Assembly: GCA_022599775.1 (NCBI GenBank)
Contig: JAHZLQ010000025.1
Coordinates: 4,219-68,218, forward strand
Source: Gammaproteobacteria bacterium
GTDB lineage: Bacteria; Pseudomonadota; Gammaproteobacteria; Nevskiales; Nevskiaceae
Direction of reading: 5' to 3'
Length of the DNA: 64,000 nucleotides
The first letter of the stretch is position 1. Each line of letters opens with the position of its first letter. Shown one piece after another: positions 8,505 to 17,732 of this stretch. Under the pieces are notes generated by a model. The model did not search any database. It was not told where the DNA came from and was given only the letters and a program-made list of their open reading frames with translations. A program made the position numbers and the translations under genes.

Positions 8505-9257
8505 ATGTCCAAAGCATTAACCCAACGTGTGGGCCTGGTCGTTCCCAGTTCCAACGTGACCATGGAGATCGAGATTCCGGCGCTGTTGCGCCGCTCGCCC
8601 GGCGCGGAGCGCTTCTCCTTTCATTCCAGCCGTATGGCCATGCGCCAGGTATCGGCCGAGGAACTGGTCGAGATGGACCGCCAGTCGCTGCGTTGTGCGG
8701 CCGAGCTCGCCGATGCACGCGCGGACGTGCTGGCGTATGCCTGCTTGGTCGCCGTCATGGTGCAGGGGCCGGGCGCACATCGCCGGATCGAGGAGCGACT
8801 CGCCGCGGTGTTGCGCGAGAACAAGTCGAACGCGCCGATTGTGTCCAGTGCCGGTGCCCTGATCGATACGCTCAACCGGCTCAAGGCCAAGCGCATTGCG
8901 GTCGTCGCACCCTACATGCCGCCGCTGACCCAGGCCGTCATCGACTACATCCAAGCCGAAGGCATCACCACCGTGGCTGCGCGCAGCCTGTCGGAGCCCG
9001 ACAACTTTGAAGTGGGTTGCATATCGGGTGAGCGCGTCGAGGCCGCTGTCGACGAGCTGGATCTGACCAAGGCGGACGTATTGGTACTGTCCGCCTGCGT
9101 GCAGATGCCTTCGCTCGGCATTCTGGAGAAGGTGCAGGGCCGCAGCCCCATTCCCGTGATCACTGCGGCGTCTTGCACGTCCGCAGCCCTTCTCAGTGCG
9201 CTGGGTCAGGATGCCAGCGTGATTCCAGGCGGTGCCGGGCAAGCCTGGAGCCAATAG
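8505..9257 (+). CDS. Asp/Glu-racemase superfamily protein, maleate cis-trans isomerase / arylmalonate decarboxylase-like
   Basis: VGLVVPSSNVTMEIE N-terminus; two candidate catalytic Cys in AYACLVA and LSACVQMPS. Confidence 0.7.
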   Translation: MSKALTQRVGLVVPSSNVTMEIEIPALLRRSPGAERFSFHSSRMAMRQVSAEELVEMDRQSLRCAAELADARADVLAYACLVAVMVQGPGAHRRIEERLAAVLRENKSNAPIVSSAGALIDTLNRLKAKRIAVVAPYMPPLTQAVIDYIQAEGITTVAARSLSEPDNFEVGCISGERVEAAVDELDLTKADVLVLSACVQMPSLGILEKVQGRSPIPVITAASCTSAALLSALGQDASVIPGGAGQAWSQ

Positions 9258-9305
9258 GCGCGGAGCGCCATCGACCACAATTAATAAAAGGGAGGAGCCC
9301 AGGTC

Positions 9306-10952
9306 ATGCCGATCAGCGCAACAATGATGGACTTTCCGTTGTCCGTCGGGCACTTGTTCCGGCACGGGAGCCGGGTGCATGGCGCCAGCCAGGTCACCAC
9401 ATGGTCACCGCACGGCGCGCAACGTGCGAGCTTTGCGCAGGTCGCGGAGCGGGCTGGCTGCCTCGCCAATCTGCTGTCGCGCATCGGTGTAAACCCCGGC
9501 AGTGTGGTCGGCACCCTAGCCTGGAATCACCAAGCCCACCTTGAGGCCTATCTGGCGGTGCCGTCGATGGGCGCTGTCCTGCATACCCTGAACCTGCGCC
9601 TTTCGCAGGACGAGTTGAGCTACATAGTCAACCACGGCGAAGATGAAGTGATTCTCTGTGACGGTTCGCTGCTGCCGCTGTTGGGCGCTATCGCCGACCG
9701 CTTGCCCAAACTGCGGACGATCATCGTGATCGGCGAGGCGGCCGCGAGTGCGGACGGCGTCCAGTGGGGCGCCATCAAGATCGCGGGCGACTACGAAACC
9801 CTGCTCGCGAAGGAAGAGTCAGCATTCGACTGGCCCGATATTGATGAGCGCGCGCCGGCGGCGATGTGCTACACCAGCGGCACCACGGGCAACCCCAAGG
9901 GCGTCGTCTACAGTCATCGCTCCCAGGTGCTGCATGCGATGTCGATCAACGCGGCGTCCAACTTCGCGATCACCGATCGTGACAAGGTGCTTGTGATCGT
10001 GCCGCTGTTCCATGCCAGCGCTTGGGGCACGCCCTATGGCGGCTGGATGGCGGGTGCTGATTTTCTGTTGCCGCAGCAGTATCTGCAGGCGCCGCATCTG
10101 GCGGCGATGATTGAGGAGGAGCGCCCGAGTTTCTCTGCCGCTGTGCCGACGATCTGGAGCGATCTGCTGACATTCGCTGACCAGAATCCGGTCGATCTGT
10201 CGTCGATGCGCGAAGTCATCTCTGGTGGAGCGGCAGTCCCGCGTGCGCTGATCGAACGTTTCCGGAACCGCTTCGGTGTCCCGATGACCCAGGGTTGGGG
10301 AATGACGGAGTGCAGCCCGCTCGCGGCGCTGGCGCGGCCTCCGGCGCGCGTCTCGGAGAAGTCAGAGCTGGACTATCGCGCACACACGGGGCGTGTGATT
10401 CCCGGTGTGGAGCTGCGCATCGTCGACGACGCGGGCGCCGTTCTGCCTTGGGACGGCGAGGCTGCGGGTGAGATCCAGCTCAAAGGTGCCTGGGTGACCG
10501 GTGCCTACTTTGGGGGAGATGGCGCGGACAAGTTCGTGGACGGCTGGCTGCGCACCGGCGACGTCGGCACGGTCGATCCTGCCGGATTTGTCCAGCTCCT
10601 CGATCGCGCCAAGGATATCGTCAAGTCCGGCGGCGAATGGATTTCATCCGTTGCGCTGGAGAATGCGCTGATGGGACATGCCGATGTTGTCGAGGCCGCC
10701 GTCATTGCCATTCCCGATGCCCGTTGGGGTGAGCGTCCTTTGCCCTGCGTGGTGCTGCGGCAGGGCACGGAGACTGCTGCGGGAGATCTGCATGAATGGC
10801 TATCCCCGCACTTTCCGAAATGGTGGCTGCCGGAGCAGTGGGCTTTCGTCGACGCGGTGCCGCGCACGAGCGTTGGCAAGTTCGACAAGAAGGCTTTGCG
10901 CAAGCGTTACAACGAACAGGACCTAAAAGCCGAGCGTCTACTAAATGAATAG
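9306..10952 (+). CDS. AMP-dependent acyl-CoA synthetase/ligase
   Basis: 548 aa; YTSGTTGNPKGV AMP-binding motif and GWLRTGD motif. Confidence 0.9.
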   Translation: MPISATMMDFPLSVGHLFRHGSRVHGASQVTTWSPHGAQRASFAQVAERAGCLANLLSRIGVNPGSVVGTLAWNHQAHLEAYLAVPSMGAVLHTLNLRLSQDELSYIVNHGEDEVILCDGSLLPLLGAIADRLPKLRTIIVIGEAAASADGVQWGAIKIAGDYETLLAKEESAFDWPDIDERAPAAMCYTSGTTGNPKGVVYSHRSQVLHAMSINAASNFAITDRDKVLVIVPLFHASAWGTPYGGWMAGADFLLPQQYLQAPHLAAMIEEERPSFSAAVPTIWSDLLTFADQNPVDLSSMREVISGGAAVPRALIERFRNRFGVPMTQGWGMTECSPLAALARPPARVSEKSELDYRAHTGRVIPGVELRIVDDAGAVLPWDGEAAGEIQLKGAWVTGAYFGGDGADKFVDGWLRTGDVGTVDPAGFVQLLDRAKDIVKSGGEWISSVALENALMGHADVVEAAVIAIPDARWGERPLPCVVLRQGTETAAGDLHEWLSPHFPKWWLPEQWAFVDAVPRTSVGKFDKKALRKRYNEQDLKAERLLNE

Positions 10953-10967
10953 TCATCGAATCGTGTC

Positions 10968-11741
10968 ATGCCATTGGTGCCGATCATGAGTATGGAAGTC
11001 TTGCTGAAGTCGCTGCCGCCCTGGCCGAGCCAGGATTTCTCGGCGTACGGCGAGACCGAGATCAAGAAGCTGCCGCGGGTTCAGGCGCTCACGGCTGCCT
11101 TTCTCTCTCGTAACTGGATCGCCATTCCCCACGTCACGCATCATGACGAGGTGGATGTCACGGAAATGGAAGCCTGGCGCGGCGCCTGGAATGCGAAGAC
11201 GCAAGGTCCCAGGTTGACGCCTTTGATCCCGGTTATTAAAGCGGTGATCGCTGCGCTCAAGCTGTTTCCGCAATTCAACGCCTCGGTTGATGTCGAGGGC
11301 GGCCGGCTCATCCTGAAGAAGTATTTTCACATAGGCATCGCGGCCGAAACGCCGGCTGGACTGCTGGTGCCCGTGGTACGAGACTGCGATCGAAAAAGTG
11401 TGGCCGAGATTGCGGCCGAGATTGCCGCCACGGCGGAGAAGGCTCGTACGCGCGGATTGTCGATGGCGGAAATGTCGGGTGGTTGCTTTTCCATCAGCAG
11501 CCTCGGGCACATTGGTGGGACGGCATTCACGCCGATCATCAACGCGCCCGAGGTTGCCATTCTCGGCATGACGAAGATTCAGTTGCGCGCCGTTCAGGAC
11601 GACGAAGGCGGGATTGCCTGGCGCAAGCTGCTGCCACTCTCGCTGAGCTACGATCATCGCGTGATCAACGGGGCTGACGCGGCGCGTTTCACGCGCTACT
11701 TGGGCGACATGCTCGCCGCCCCCGAGAGTCTGATGCCCTAA
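10968..11741 (+). CDS. 2-oxoacid dehydrogenase E2 acyltransferase, catalytic domain only (AceF-like; no lipoyl or E1/E3-binding domains)
   Basis: 257 aa; LPPWPSQDFSAYGE...NWIAIPHVTHHDEVDVTEMEAWR matches the start of the AceF catalytic core as I recall it; active-site SYDHRVINGADAARF. Confidence 0.8.
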   Translation: MPLVPIMSMEVLLKSLPPWPSQDFSAYGETEIKKLPRVQALTAAFLSRNWIAIPHVTHHDEVDVTEMEAWRGAWNAKTQGPRLTPLIPVIKAVIAALKLFPQFNASVDVEGGRLILKKYFHIGIAAETPAGLLVPVVRDCDRKSVAEIAAEIAATAEKARTRGLSMAEMSGGCFSISSLGHIGGTAFTPIINAPEVAILGMTKIQLRAVQDDEGGIAWRKLLPLSLSYDHRVINGADAARFTRYLGDMLAAPESLMP

Positions 11742-11825
11742 GTTGTGACCTTTCACGGGCGTGGCCGACGACTTCGCGGCCACAATCGCGATGCCTCGAC
11801 GCATGGTGCCTGCCGCCCGAGGGGC

Positions 11826-13043
11826 TCAGCGATACGCCGCGAGCTCTCGCTTGGCAATCTGGTTGCGATGCACCTCGTCGGGGCCGTCGGCAAATCGCAG
11901 GGTGCGCGCGCAAGCGTAGGCATAGGCCAGCGGAAAATCATCGCTGACGCCGCCGCCGCCGTGTACCTGTATGGCCCAGTCGATGACCTTGCAGGCCATG
12001 GTCGGAGCAGCCACCTTGATCATGCCGATCTCCTTGGCGGCGGCCTTGTTGCCCACGGCATCCATCTTCCAGGCTGCGTTCAAGGTCAGGTAGCGCGCCT
12101 GGTCGATCATGATCCGTGATTCGGCGATGCGTTCCTGCGTTACGGTCTGTGCCGACACCGGCTTGCCGAAAGCCTCGCGCACCATTGCGCGGCGGCACAT
12201 CAGCTGCAACGCGCGCTCGGCCAGTCCGATCAAGCGCATGCAGTGGTGAATGCGACCCGGACCCAAGCGGCCCTGGGCGATTTCGAATCCGCGCCCTTCG
12301 CCGAGCAACATGTTCGAAACAGGGACACGCACATTGTCGAAGAGGATTTCGGCATGACCGTGTGGCGCATCGTCGTAGCCGAATACGGGCAGGTGGCGCA
12401 ACACGGTGAGGCCTGGTGTATCCATCGGCACCAGGATCATCGACTGCTGGCGGTGACGGTCGGTATTGTCCGGGTCGCTTTTGCCCATGAAGATCGCGAT
12501 CTTGCAGCGCGGATCATTGGCGCCCGAAGTCCACCACTTGCGACCGTTGATCACATACTCGTCGCCGTCGCGCTCGATGCGTGAGGCGATATTGGTGGCG
12601 TCGCTGGACGCGACCTCGGGCTCAGTCATCGCGAAGCAGGAACGGATCTCGCCGGCAAGCAGGGGCTTGAGCCAGCGTTCCTGTTGTTCGTGGCTGCCGT
12701 AGCGTGCCAGCACCTCCATGTTGCCGGTGTCCGGCGCGCTACAGTTGAACGCTTCCGGCCCGATCGGCGTGCGCCCCATGGCCTCGGCCAACGGCGCGTA
12801 TTCGAGATTCGACAGTCCGGCACCGAGCTCGGCCTCGGGCAGGAACAGGTTCCACAAGCCTGCGGCCTTGGCCTTTTCCTTGAGCTGCTCCGTGATTTCC
12901 GCAGCCTGCCAAGCGTTGCCGGCGCGGCGGTTGGCTTCAACCTCGGCGAAGAACACGGACTCGGCCGGGAGCACGTGCGCCTCCATGAACGAATTGACGC
13001 GTGCTAGCAGGTCCTGCGTCCGTCGGGAATATGCGAAATCCAT
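11826..13043 (-). CDS. acyl-CoA dehydrogenase, ACAD10/ACAD11 (FadE2)-type
   Basis: 405 aa; [13 protein letters not shown]..., [16 protein letters not shown] and [18 protein letters not shown] are typical of this subfamily. Confidence 0.85.
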   Translation of the reverse strand: MDFAYSRRTQDLLARVNSFMEAHVLPAESVFFAEVEANRRAGNAWQAAEITEQLKEKAKAAGLWNLFLPEAELGAGLSNLEYAPLAEAMGRTPIGPEAFNCSAPDTGNMEVLARYGSHEQQERWLKPLLAGEIRSCFAMTEPEVASSDATNIASRIERDGDEYVINGRKWWTSGANDPRCKIAIFMGKSDPDNTDRHRQQSMILVPMDTPGLTVLRHLPVFGYDDAPHGHAEILFDNVRVPVSNMLLGEGRGFEIAQGRLGPGRIHHCMRLIGLAERALQLMCRRAMVREAFGKPVSAQTVTQERIAESRIMIDQARYLTLNAAWKMDAVGNKAAAKEIGMIKVAAPTMACKVIDWAIQVHGGGGVSDDFPLAYAYACARTLRFADGPDEVHRNQIAKRELAAYR

Positions 13044-13070
13044 AAAATGGCTCCGGTTGAATTTGAAAGA

Positions 13071-14102
13071 TCAGCCCGTCAGGCGCTGCGCCTGTACCCA
13101 GGCGATCTCGGCTATCGGAAGCGCGCGGCTGCCCATGTCCACCGCCGCGGTACTGGCGGCGTTGCCTTGTTCGGCGCGTTTGGCGATGCCCTGGAGAATC
13201 GCAGCGACGCGGAACAGATTGAACACGATGTAGTAATCCCAGCCCTCGACACCGCTGCGCCCGGTTCGTCGGCAATAGCGCGCGAGATAGTCGGCTTCGT
13301 TGGGGATGCCGAGCGCCGCGAGATCAACGTCGCCGAGGCCGCGCATCATCGCGTTGGGTATGCGCCAGTACATGGCGTGGTAGGCGAAGTCGACAAGAGG
13401 GTGACCCAGCGTCGACAGCTCCCAATCCAGTACAGCGAGAACGCGCGGTTCGGTCGGATGAAAGATCAGGTTGTCGACCCGGTAGTCGCCGTGGACGATG
13501 CTGGTGGCGTCGTCGCTCGGCCGGTGCTTGGGCAGCCACTCGATCAGCCGATGCATGGCTTCGATCGGCTGCGTTTCCGCAGCCAGATACTGCTTGCTCC
13601 AACGGTTGATCTGGCGCTCTACGTAGTTGCCGACCTTGCCGTAGTCGCCCAGGCCGCAGGCTGCGTAGTCCACCTGATGCAGGGCTGCGACGACGCGACT
13701 CATCTCGTCGAAGACCGCGGAGCGTTCTTCGTTTGAAAGGTCGGGCAGGCGCGGGTCCCACCAGATTCGGCCATCAACGTGCTCCATCAGATAGAACATC
13801 GTGCCGACGACGGACTCGTCCTCGCACAGCGCCAGCGCCTTGGCCACCGGCACGCCGCTGTCTTCGAGCGCGCGGATCACGCGGTACTCCCGATCCACGG
13901 CGTGTGCCGACGGCAGCAGGGGGCCGGACGGCTTGCGGCGCATTACCATGCGCTTGCCGCCCATCTCCAGAAAGTAGGTCGGATTGGACTGGCCGCCTTC
14001 GAACTGGCGCACGTTCAGGGCGCCTCGTAAGCCCAGCGTGCGTTCGATGAAATCTGTTAGCCGTGCCCCGTCAAAGCGATGTGTGCCGCGAACCGTATTC
14101 AT
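13071..14102 (-). CDS. phosphotransferase (APH/kinase-like) family protein
   Basis: Internal ATG at 14102; RQFEGGQSNPTYFL nucleotide-loop region, IVHGDYRVDNLIF catalytic loop and AVLDWELS. Confidence 0.85.
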   Translation of the reverse strand: MNTVRGTHRFDGARLTDFIERTLGLRGALNVRQFEGGQSNPTYFLEMGGKRMVMRRKPSGPLLPSAHAVDREYRVIRALEDSGVPVAKALALCEDESVVGTMFYLMEHVDGRIWWDPRLPDLSNEERSAVFDEMSRVVAALHQVDYAACGLGDYGKVGNYVERQINRWSKQYLAAETQPIEAMHRLIEWLPKHRPSDDATSIVHGDYRVDNLIFHPTEPRVLAVLDWELSTLGHPLVDFAYHAMYWRIPNAMMRGLGDVDLAALGIPNEADYLARYCRRTGRSGVEGWDYYIVFNLFRVAAILQGIAKRAEQGNAASTAAVDMGSRALPIAEIAWVQAQRLTG

Positions 14103-14110
14103 CAGATGTC

Positions 14111-14887
14111 CTAGATTGCAGTGGCGCCGCCATCCACTGCGATGGCCTGGCCGGTGATGTGGCGTGAGGCATCCGACGCCAGCAGCACGGCCAGACCCAT
14201 GAGGTCGTCGTCGCTGCCAATGCGGTTCATTGGAGTAGATTCGAGAATCTTGGGCAGGTTTCGCTCGATCAGCTGATCGGCCATCTTGCTGTGGAAGAAA
14301 CCGGGACAGATGGCGTTGACGGTGATGCCGTGGATGCCCCATTCGGCTGCCAGCGCACGGGTCATGCTGACGACGCCTCCCTTGCTCGCGTTGTAGGCGA
14401 GGGTGCGCTGAATGTCCCTTGGGTTGCCGACCAGGCCGGCGATGGAGGCGATGTTGACGATGCGCCCGTAACTGCGCGGCAGCATCGAGCGTGTGCCGAC
14501 CTCCTGCGTCAGGCGGAACACGCTGGTCAGATTCAGATTGACTACGCTCTGCCAGCGATCAAGCGGATGCGTCTCTGCCGGTGCGCCCCAAGTTGTGCCG
14601 GCGTTGTTAAGGAGGATGTCGATTTGTCCGAAGTGCTGCATGACCTGATCGACCAGGGTGGGGATCGATTCCAAATCCGACAGGTCCGTAACCAACGGCA
14701 TGGCTTCGATGCCCCGCGCCTCCAGGTGAATCCGCGCCTCGTCCAGTTCCTGCGCCCTTCGCGCCGTGATGACCGCGCGCGCGCCCATCTCGCCCAAGGC
14801 CTCGGCCATTTGCAGGCCCAAGCCACGTGAACCACCGGTAATTAGTGCAACCCGCCCCGACAGATCCAGTAGGGATTTGATGCTCAT
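14111..14887 (-). CDS. short-chain dehydrogenase/reductase (SDR)
   Basis: Internal ATG at 14887; VALITGGSRGLG cofactor motif, NNAG and YNASKGG. Confidence 0.85.
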   Translation of the reverse strand: MSIKSLLDLSGRVALITGGSRGLGLQMAEALGEMGARAVITARRAQELDEARIHLEARGIEAMPLVTDLSDLESIPTLVDQVMQHFGQIDILLNNAGTTWGAPAETHPLDRWQSVVNLNLTSVFRLTQEVGTRSMLPRSYGRIVNIASIAGLVGNPRDIQRTLAYNASKGGVVSMTRALAAEWGIHGITVNAICPGFFHSKMADQLIERNLPKILESTPMNRIGSDDDLMGLAVLLASDASRHITGQAIAVDGGATAI

Positions 14888-15010
14888 AGATTCGTCCTGA
14901 ACATTGAGTCTTTGTGCGAAATATGACTGCGATTCTGAAAAATTTCGGCATCGCCTTCGCGACATGCCAACAAAATGTTGTTGCTGGAAGATCTGCCCCG
15001 ACGAGGGTTA

Positions 15011-15066
15011 TCCGGACACTGAGCTACGCTTCCGGACCGACTCATCTTGGTTCGGACCGCACGGAC
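15011..15066. repeat. phased YCGGAC repeats (TCCGGAC, TCCGGAC, TTCGGAC, ACGGAC)
   Basis: Copies start at 15011, 15031, 15051 and 15061, so the first three are exactly 20 nt apart; a fifth CGGAC lies at 15095-15099. Confidence 0.4.
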
Positions 15067-15322
15067 CCAGGTGTTTGAGTCGCTCCTCTTGCCTCGGACG
15101 CACCGCGAGGATCCGGCATTTTTAATGGCTCTGGGGCGTTGGGGAGGTTGGGAATGATTGTCATACTTCGTAATTGACTTCGTTTCTTTAATTGCCGTGG
15201 TGTGGGCGCGACGTGCGTTCCGGATGCTGAACTACAGGGCCATTTAGGAGCTATCGGCAGGCGCTTTGGCGTGCTCCTGTGAGGGTGCGGAGGGCATTTT
15301 CATGCGTTGCCTGCTCTTTAGC

Positions 15323-15351
15323 TTGACTTCGATAATATCTCATTTCAGAAT
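15323..15351 (+). promoter_or_regulatory. sigma70-type promoter TTGACT-N17-CAGAAT for the TonB-dependent receptor
   Basis: Hexamers at 15323-15328 and 15346-15351 with an exact 17-nt spacer, 69 nt before the ATG. Confidence 0.5.
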
Positions 15352-15419
15352 AGATTACGAAAAATAAGAACCCATGGCTTATCGGAGTCAAGGGTTGTGC
15401 TACGAGGAGAGTTATAGAG

Positions 15420-17732
15420 ATGGGTCATATGAAAACGGCCTCTGCGGGCCTTCTGGGGTTGGCTGTATCGTTCGCCGCGACTGCGGACCCAGACGCAGTC
15501 GACGCAGTCGATGCAGTCGTCGCACAGGAAGCACCAGCTGCGGCAACAGCGGGGGGCGCCCACGAAATCGAGGAGATCGTTGTGACGGCGCGCCGTCGTG
15601 CAGAGTCCTTGCAGGAGGTTCCGCTTGCGATCACGGCGATCTCGGAAGAATCGCTGCGGCAGCAGTCGATCAACACGCCCGCGAACTTGGCCACGTCTGT
15701 TCCCAGTCTCACGGTCGCATCCAGTATCGCGGGCGGCTCGACCGTGACGTTCGGAATTCGCGCACAGCGCAATCTGTTGCCACGGCTTAGCAACGATCCG
15801 TCGGTTGGCGTCTACGTCAACGACGTAGTGCAGGCCCGACCCTACGGATTGAATTCCAGTCTTTACGACATCAGTTCGGTGCAGGTTCTCAAAGGTCCTC
15901 AGGGCACGCTGTTCGGTCGAAATACGACGGGCGGTGCGATTCTGTTTCAGACCAACAAGCCCACGGACCAGTTTGAGGGCTGGATCGAAAATGAGCTTGG
16001 AAGCTACAGCAACCAGATGCTTACCGGCGTCGTTAATGTGCCGGTTACCGAAAGCTTCGCCTTGCGTATTGCCGGCCGTAAGCAGGAACGGGATGGCTAT
16101 GTCGAAAATGTAACGACAGGCGAAGATATGGGCGATGTAGACAACTACTCGTATCGCGTATCGGCTTTGTGGCAACCCACCGACTCCCTCGAAAACGTAT
16201 TGGTTTATGACCGCTTCAAAGCTGCCGATAATGGTGGAGCTTTCGTTCTCAGCGACGTCTCTCCCACTGGGACTGCGGCTTATTTCTACGGGCCTACATT
16301 TGATTCTGAATTTGGAGACATCCAGGCGGAATTCGCGGCGCAGCAGGAACGCGACTACTACACGACGGCAGCCGGTCAGGCCAATTACTCGAGGGCAGAG
16401 ACAGAAGGTGTTGCCAACACGACGACACTGAATCTCAATGGCGTTACGCTGAAAAATATCTTCGGCTACCGGAAGATTCAGTCGAGCTCATCCGCTGACT
16501 TTGATGGCACGCCGTTGAATGTTCTGATTTCGGCCATCACGATCGACATCGACCAGTACAGCGACGAACTTCAGCTTCAGGGCAAGGCGGTCGACGACAG
16601 ACTGGATTACATCGTCGGGCTTTACTATTTCGAGGAATCGGGTGGGGATTCCGCGAACCCCACGAGCGCGCTCGATGTGCCGGTGAATCCCACAAACCCC
16701 TTCGGCACCGGTGGAACAGGCGTAAGTCGCAGTGCATCCGTGTTCAGCCAGGGAACATACAAGTTCGAGAGCATTCCTGATCTCGGCCTCACCCTGGGCG
16801 CTAGATACACTTGGGACTATCGTGAATTGACGATCTCCCCGGTGACGCCTCAGGGGTGCGCCCTCGGAGCCAGTGACGAGAATCCGGCCGGAAATTCGCC
16901 GTGTGAGGCTGAGGCCGACAAGTCATTCGATGCCGTCACTTGGAATGTCAGTCTGGACTACCACATTTCAAGCGGCAGTTTGGTCTACCTGACCTCGCGG
17001 CACGGCTATCGCTCGGGTGGTTTCAACATCGGCGCGCAGAGTGAGGATATTCTGAACGAGCCGTTCGGTCCGGAGAAGCTCACCGACGTCGAGGTGGGAT
17101 TGAAGTCGGACTTCGACATTGGCGGTGTGCCGGTTCGCACCAATCTGGCTGCGTATCATGGCTGGTCGAAAGACTTGCAGCGCTCCGTACGTTTGGAGCC
17201 GGGCTCTCCGGTGAATGCCACAATCAATGCCGCGTCGGCAAAGATCTACGGCCTGGAGGGCGAATTGACGGTGTTGCCGACGGCGGGCTTATCGACGACT
17301 GCCTTTTTTAGCTGGGATCATGCTCGCTATGATCGTTTCATTTCGCCGGCTGGTGATGATTTCACCGATTCTCGCTTCTCGTTTACGCCCGAGCACAAGT
17401 ATGGTCTGAAGGCTCGATACGAGCTTGCGCCCACGCCGGTCGGCCTGATGGTCCTGCAGGCGGCCTATAGCTGGCAGAGCAAGATCTACTTCGATGATCT
17501 CAACGAGCCGGGATCGACGCAGGGCGCCTATGGGCTGCTTAACTTGCGCGCCGAATTGAATGACGTGGGTGGGATGCCGCTGGACTTCGCTGTCGTTGCG
17601 CAAAATGTGACCGACGAGCAGTACGCCTCGGGTGGACAGGGCTTCAATTCGACGCTCGGCTTCCAATCCTACAACCCCGGTGAACCACGCATGCTCAGCT
17701 TCCTGGTGCGCTACCGGTTTGGTGCGGAGTAG
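15420..17732 (+). CDS. TonB-dependent outer-membrane receptor
   Basis: 770 aa; signal peptide, plug-domain motifs (EEIVVTARRR, VQVLKGPQGTLFGRNTTGGAI), and a beta-barrel C-terminus ending RYRF-GAE. Confidence 0.9.
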   Translation: MGHMKTASAGLLGLAVSFAATADPDAVDAVDAVVAQEAPAAATAGGAHEIEEIVVTARRRAESLQEVPLAITAISEESLRQQSINTPANLATSVPSLTVASSIAGGSTVTFGIRAQRNLLPRLSNDPSVGVYVNDVVQARPYGLNSSLYDISSVQVLKGPQGTLFGRNTTGGAILFQTNKPTDQFEGWIENELGSYSNQMLTGVVNVPVTESFALRIAGRKQERDGYVENVTTGEDMGDVDNYSYRVSALWQPTDSLENVLVYDRFKAADNGGAFVLSDVSPTGTAAYFYGPTFDSEFGDIQAEFAAQQERDYYTTAAGQANYSRAETEGVANTTTLNLNGVTLKNIFGYRKIQSSSSADFDGTPLNVLISAITIDIDQYSDELQLQGKAVDDRLDYIVGLYYFEESGGDSANPTSALDVPVNPTNPFGTGGTGVSRSASVFSQGTYKFESIPDLGLTLGARYTWDYRELTISPVTPQGCALGASDENPAGNSPCEAEADKSFDAVTWNVSLDYHISSGSLVYLTSRHGYRSGGFNIGAQSEDILNEPFGPEKLTDVEVGLKSDFDIGGVPVRTNLAAYHGWSKDLQRSVRLEPGSPVNATINAASAKIYGLEGELTVLPTAGLSTTAFFSWDHARYDRFISPAGDDFTDSRFSFTPEHKYGLKARYELAPTPVGLMVLQAAYSWQSKIYFDDLNEPGSTQGAYGLLNLRAELNDVGGMPLDFAVVAQNVTDEQYASGGQGFNSTLGFQSYNPGEPRMLSFLVRYRFGAE

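Noticed and set aside
14888-15419. Riboswitch (cobalamin or TPP) upstream of the TonB-dependent receptor
   Set aside because: I found no B12-box-like or TPP-motif sequence. The region looks like promoter/operator DNA instead.
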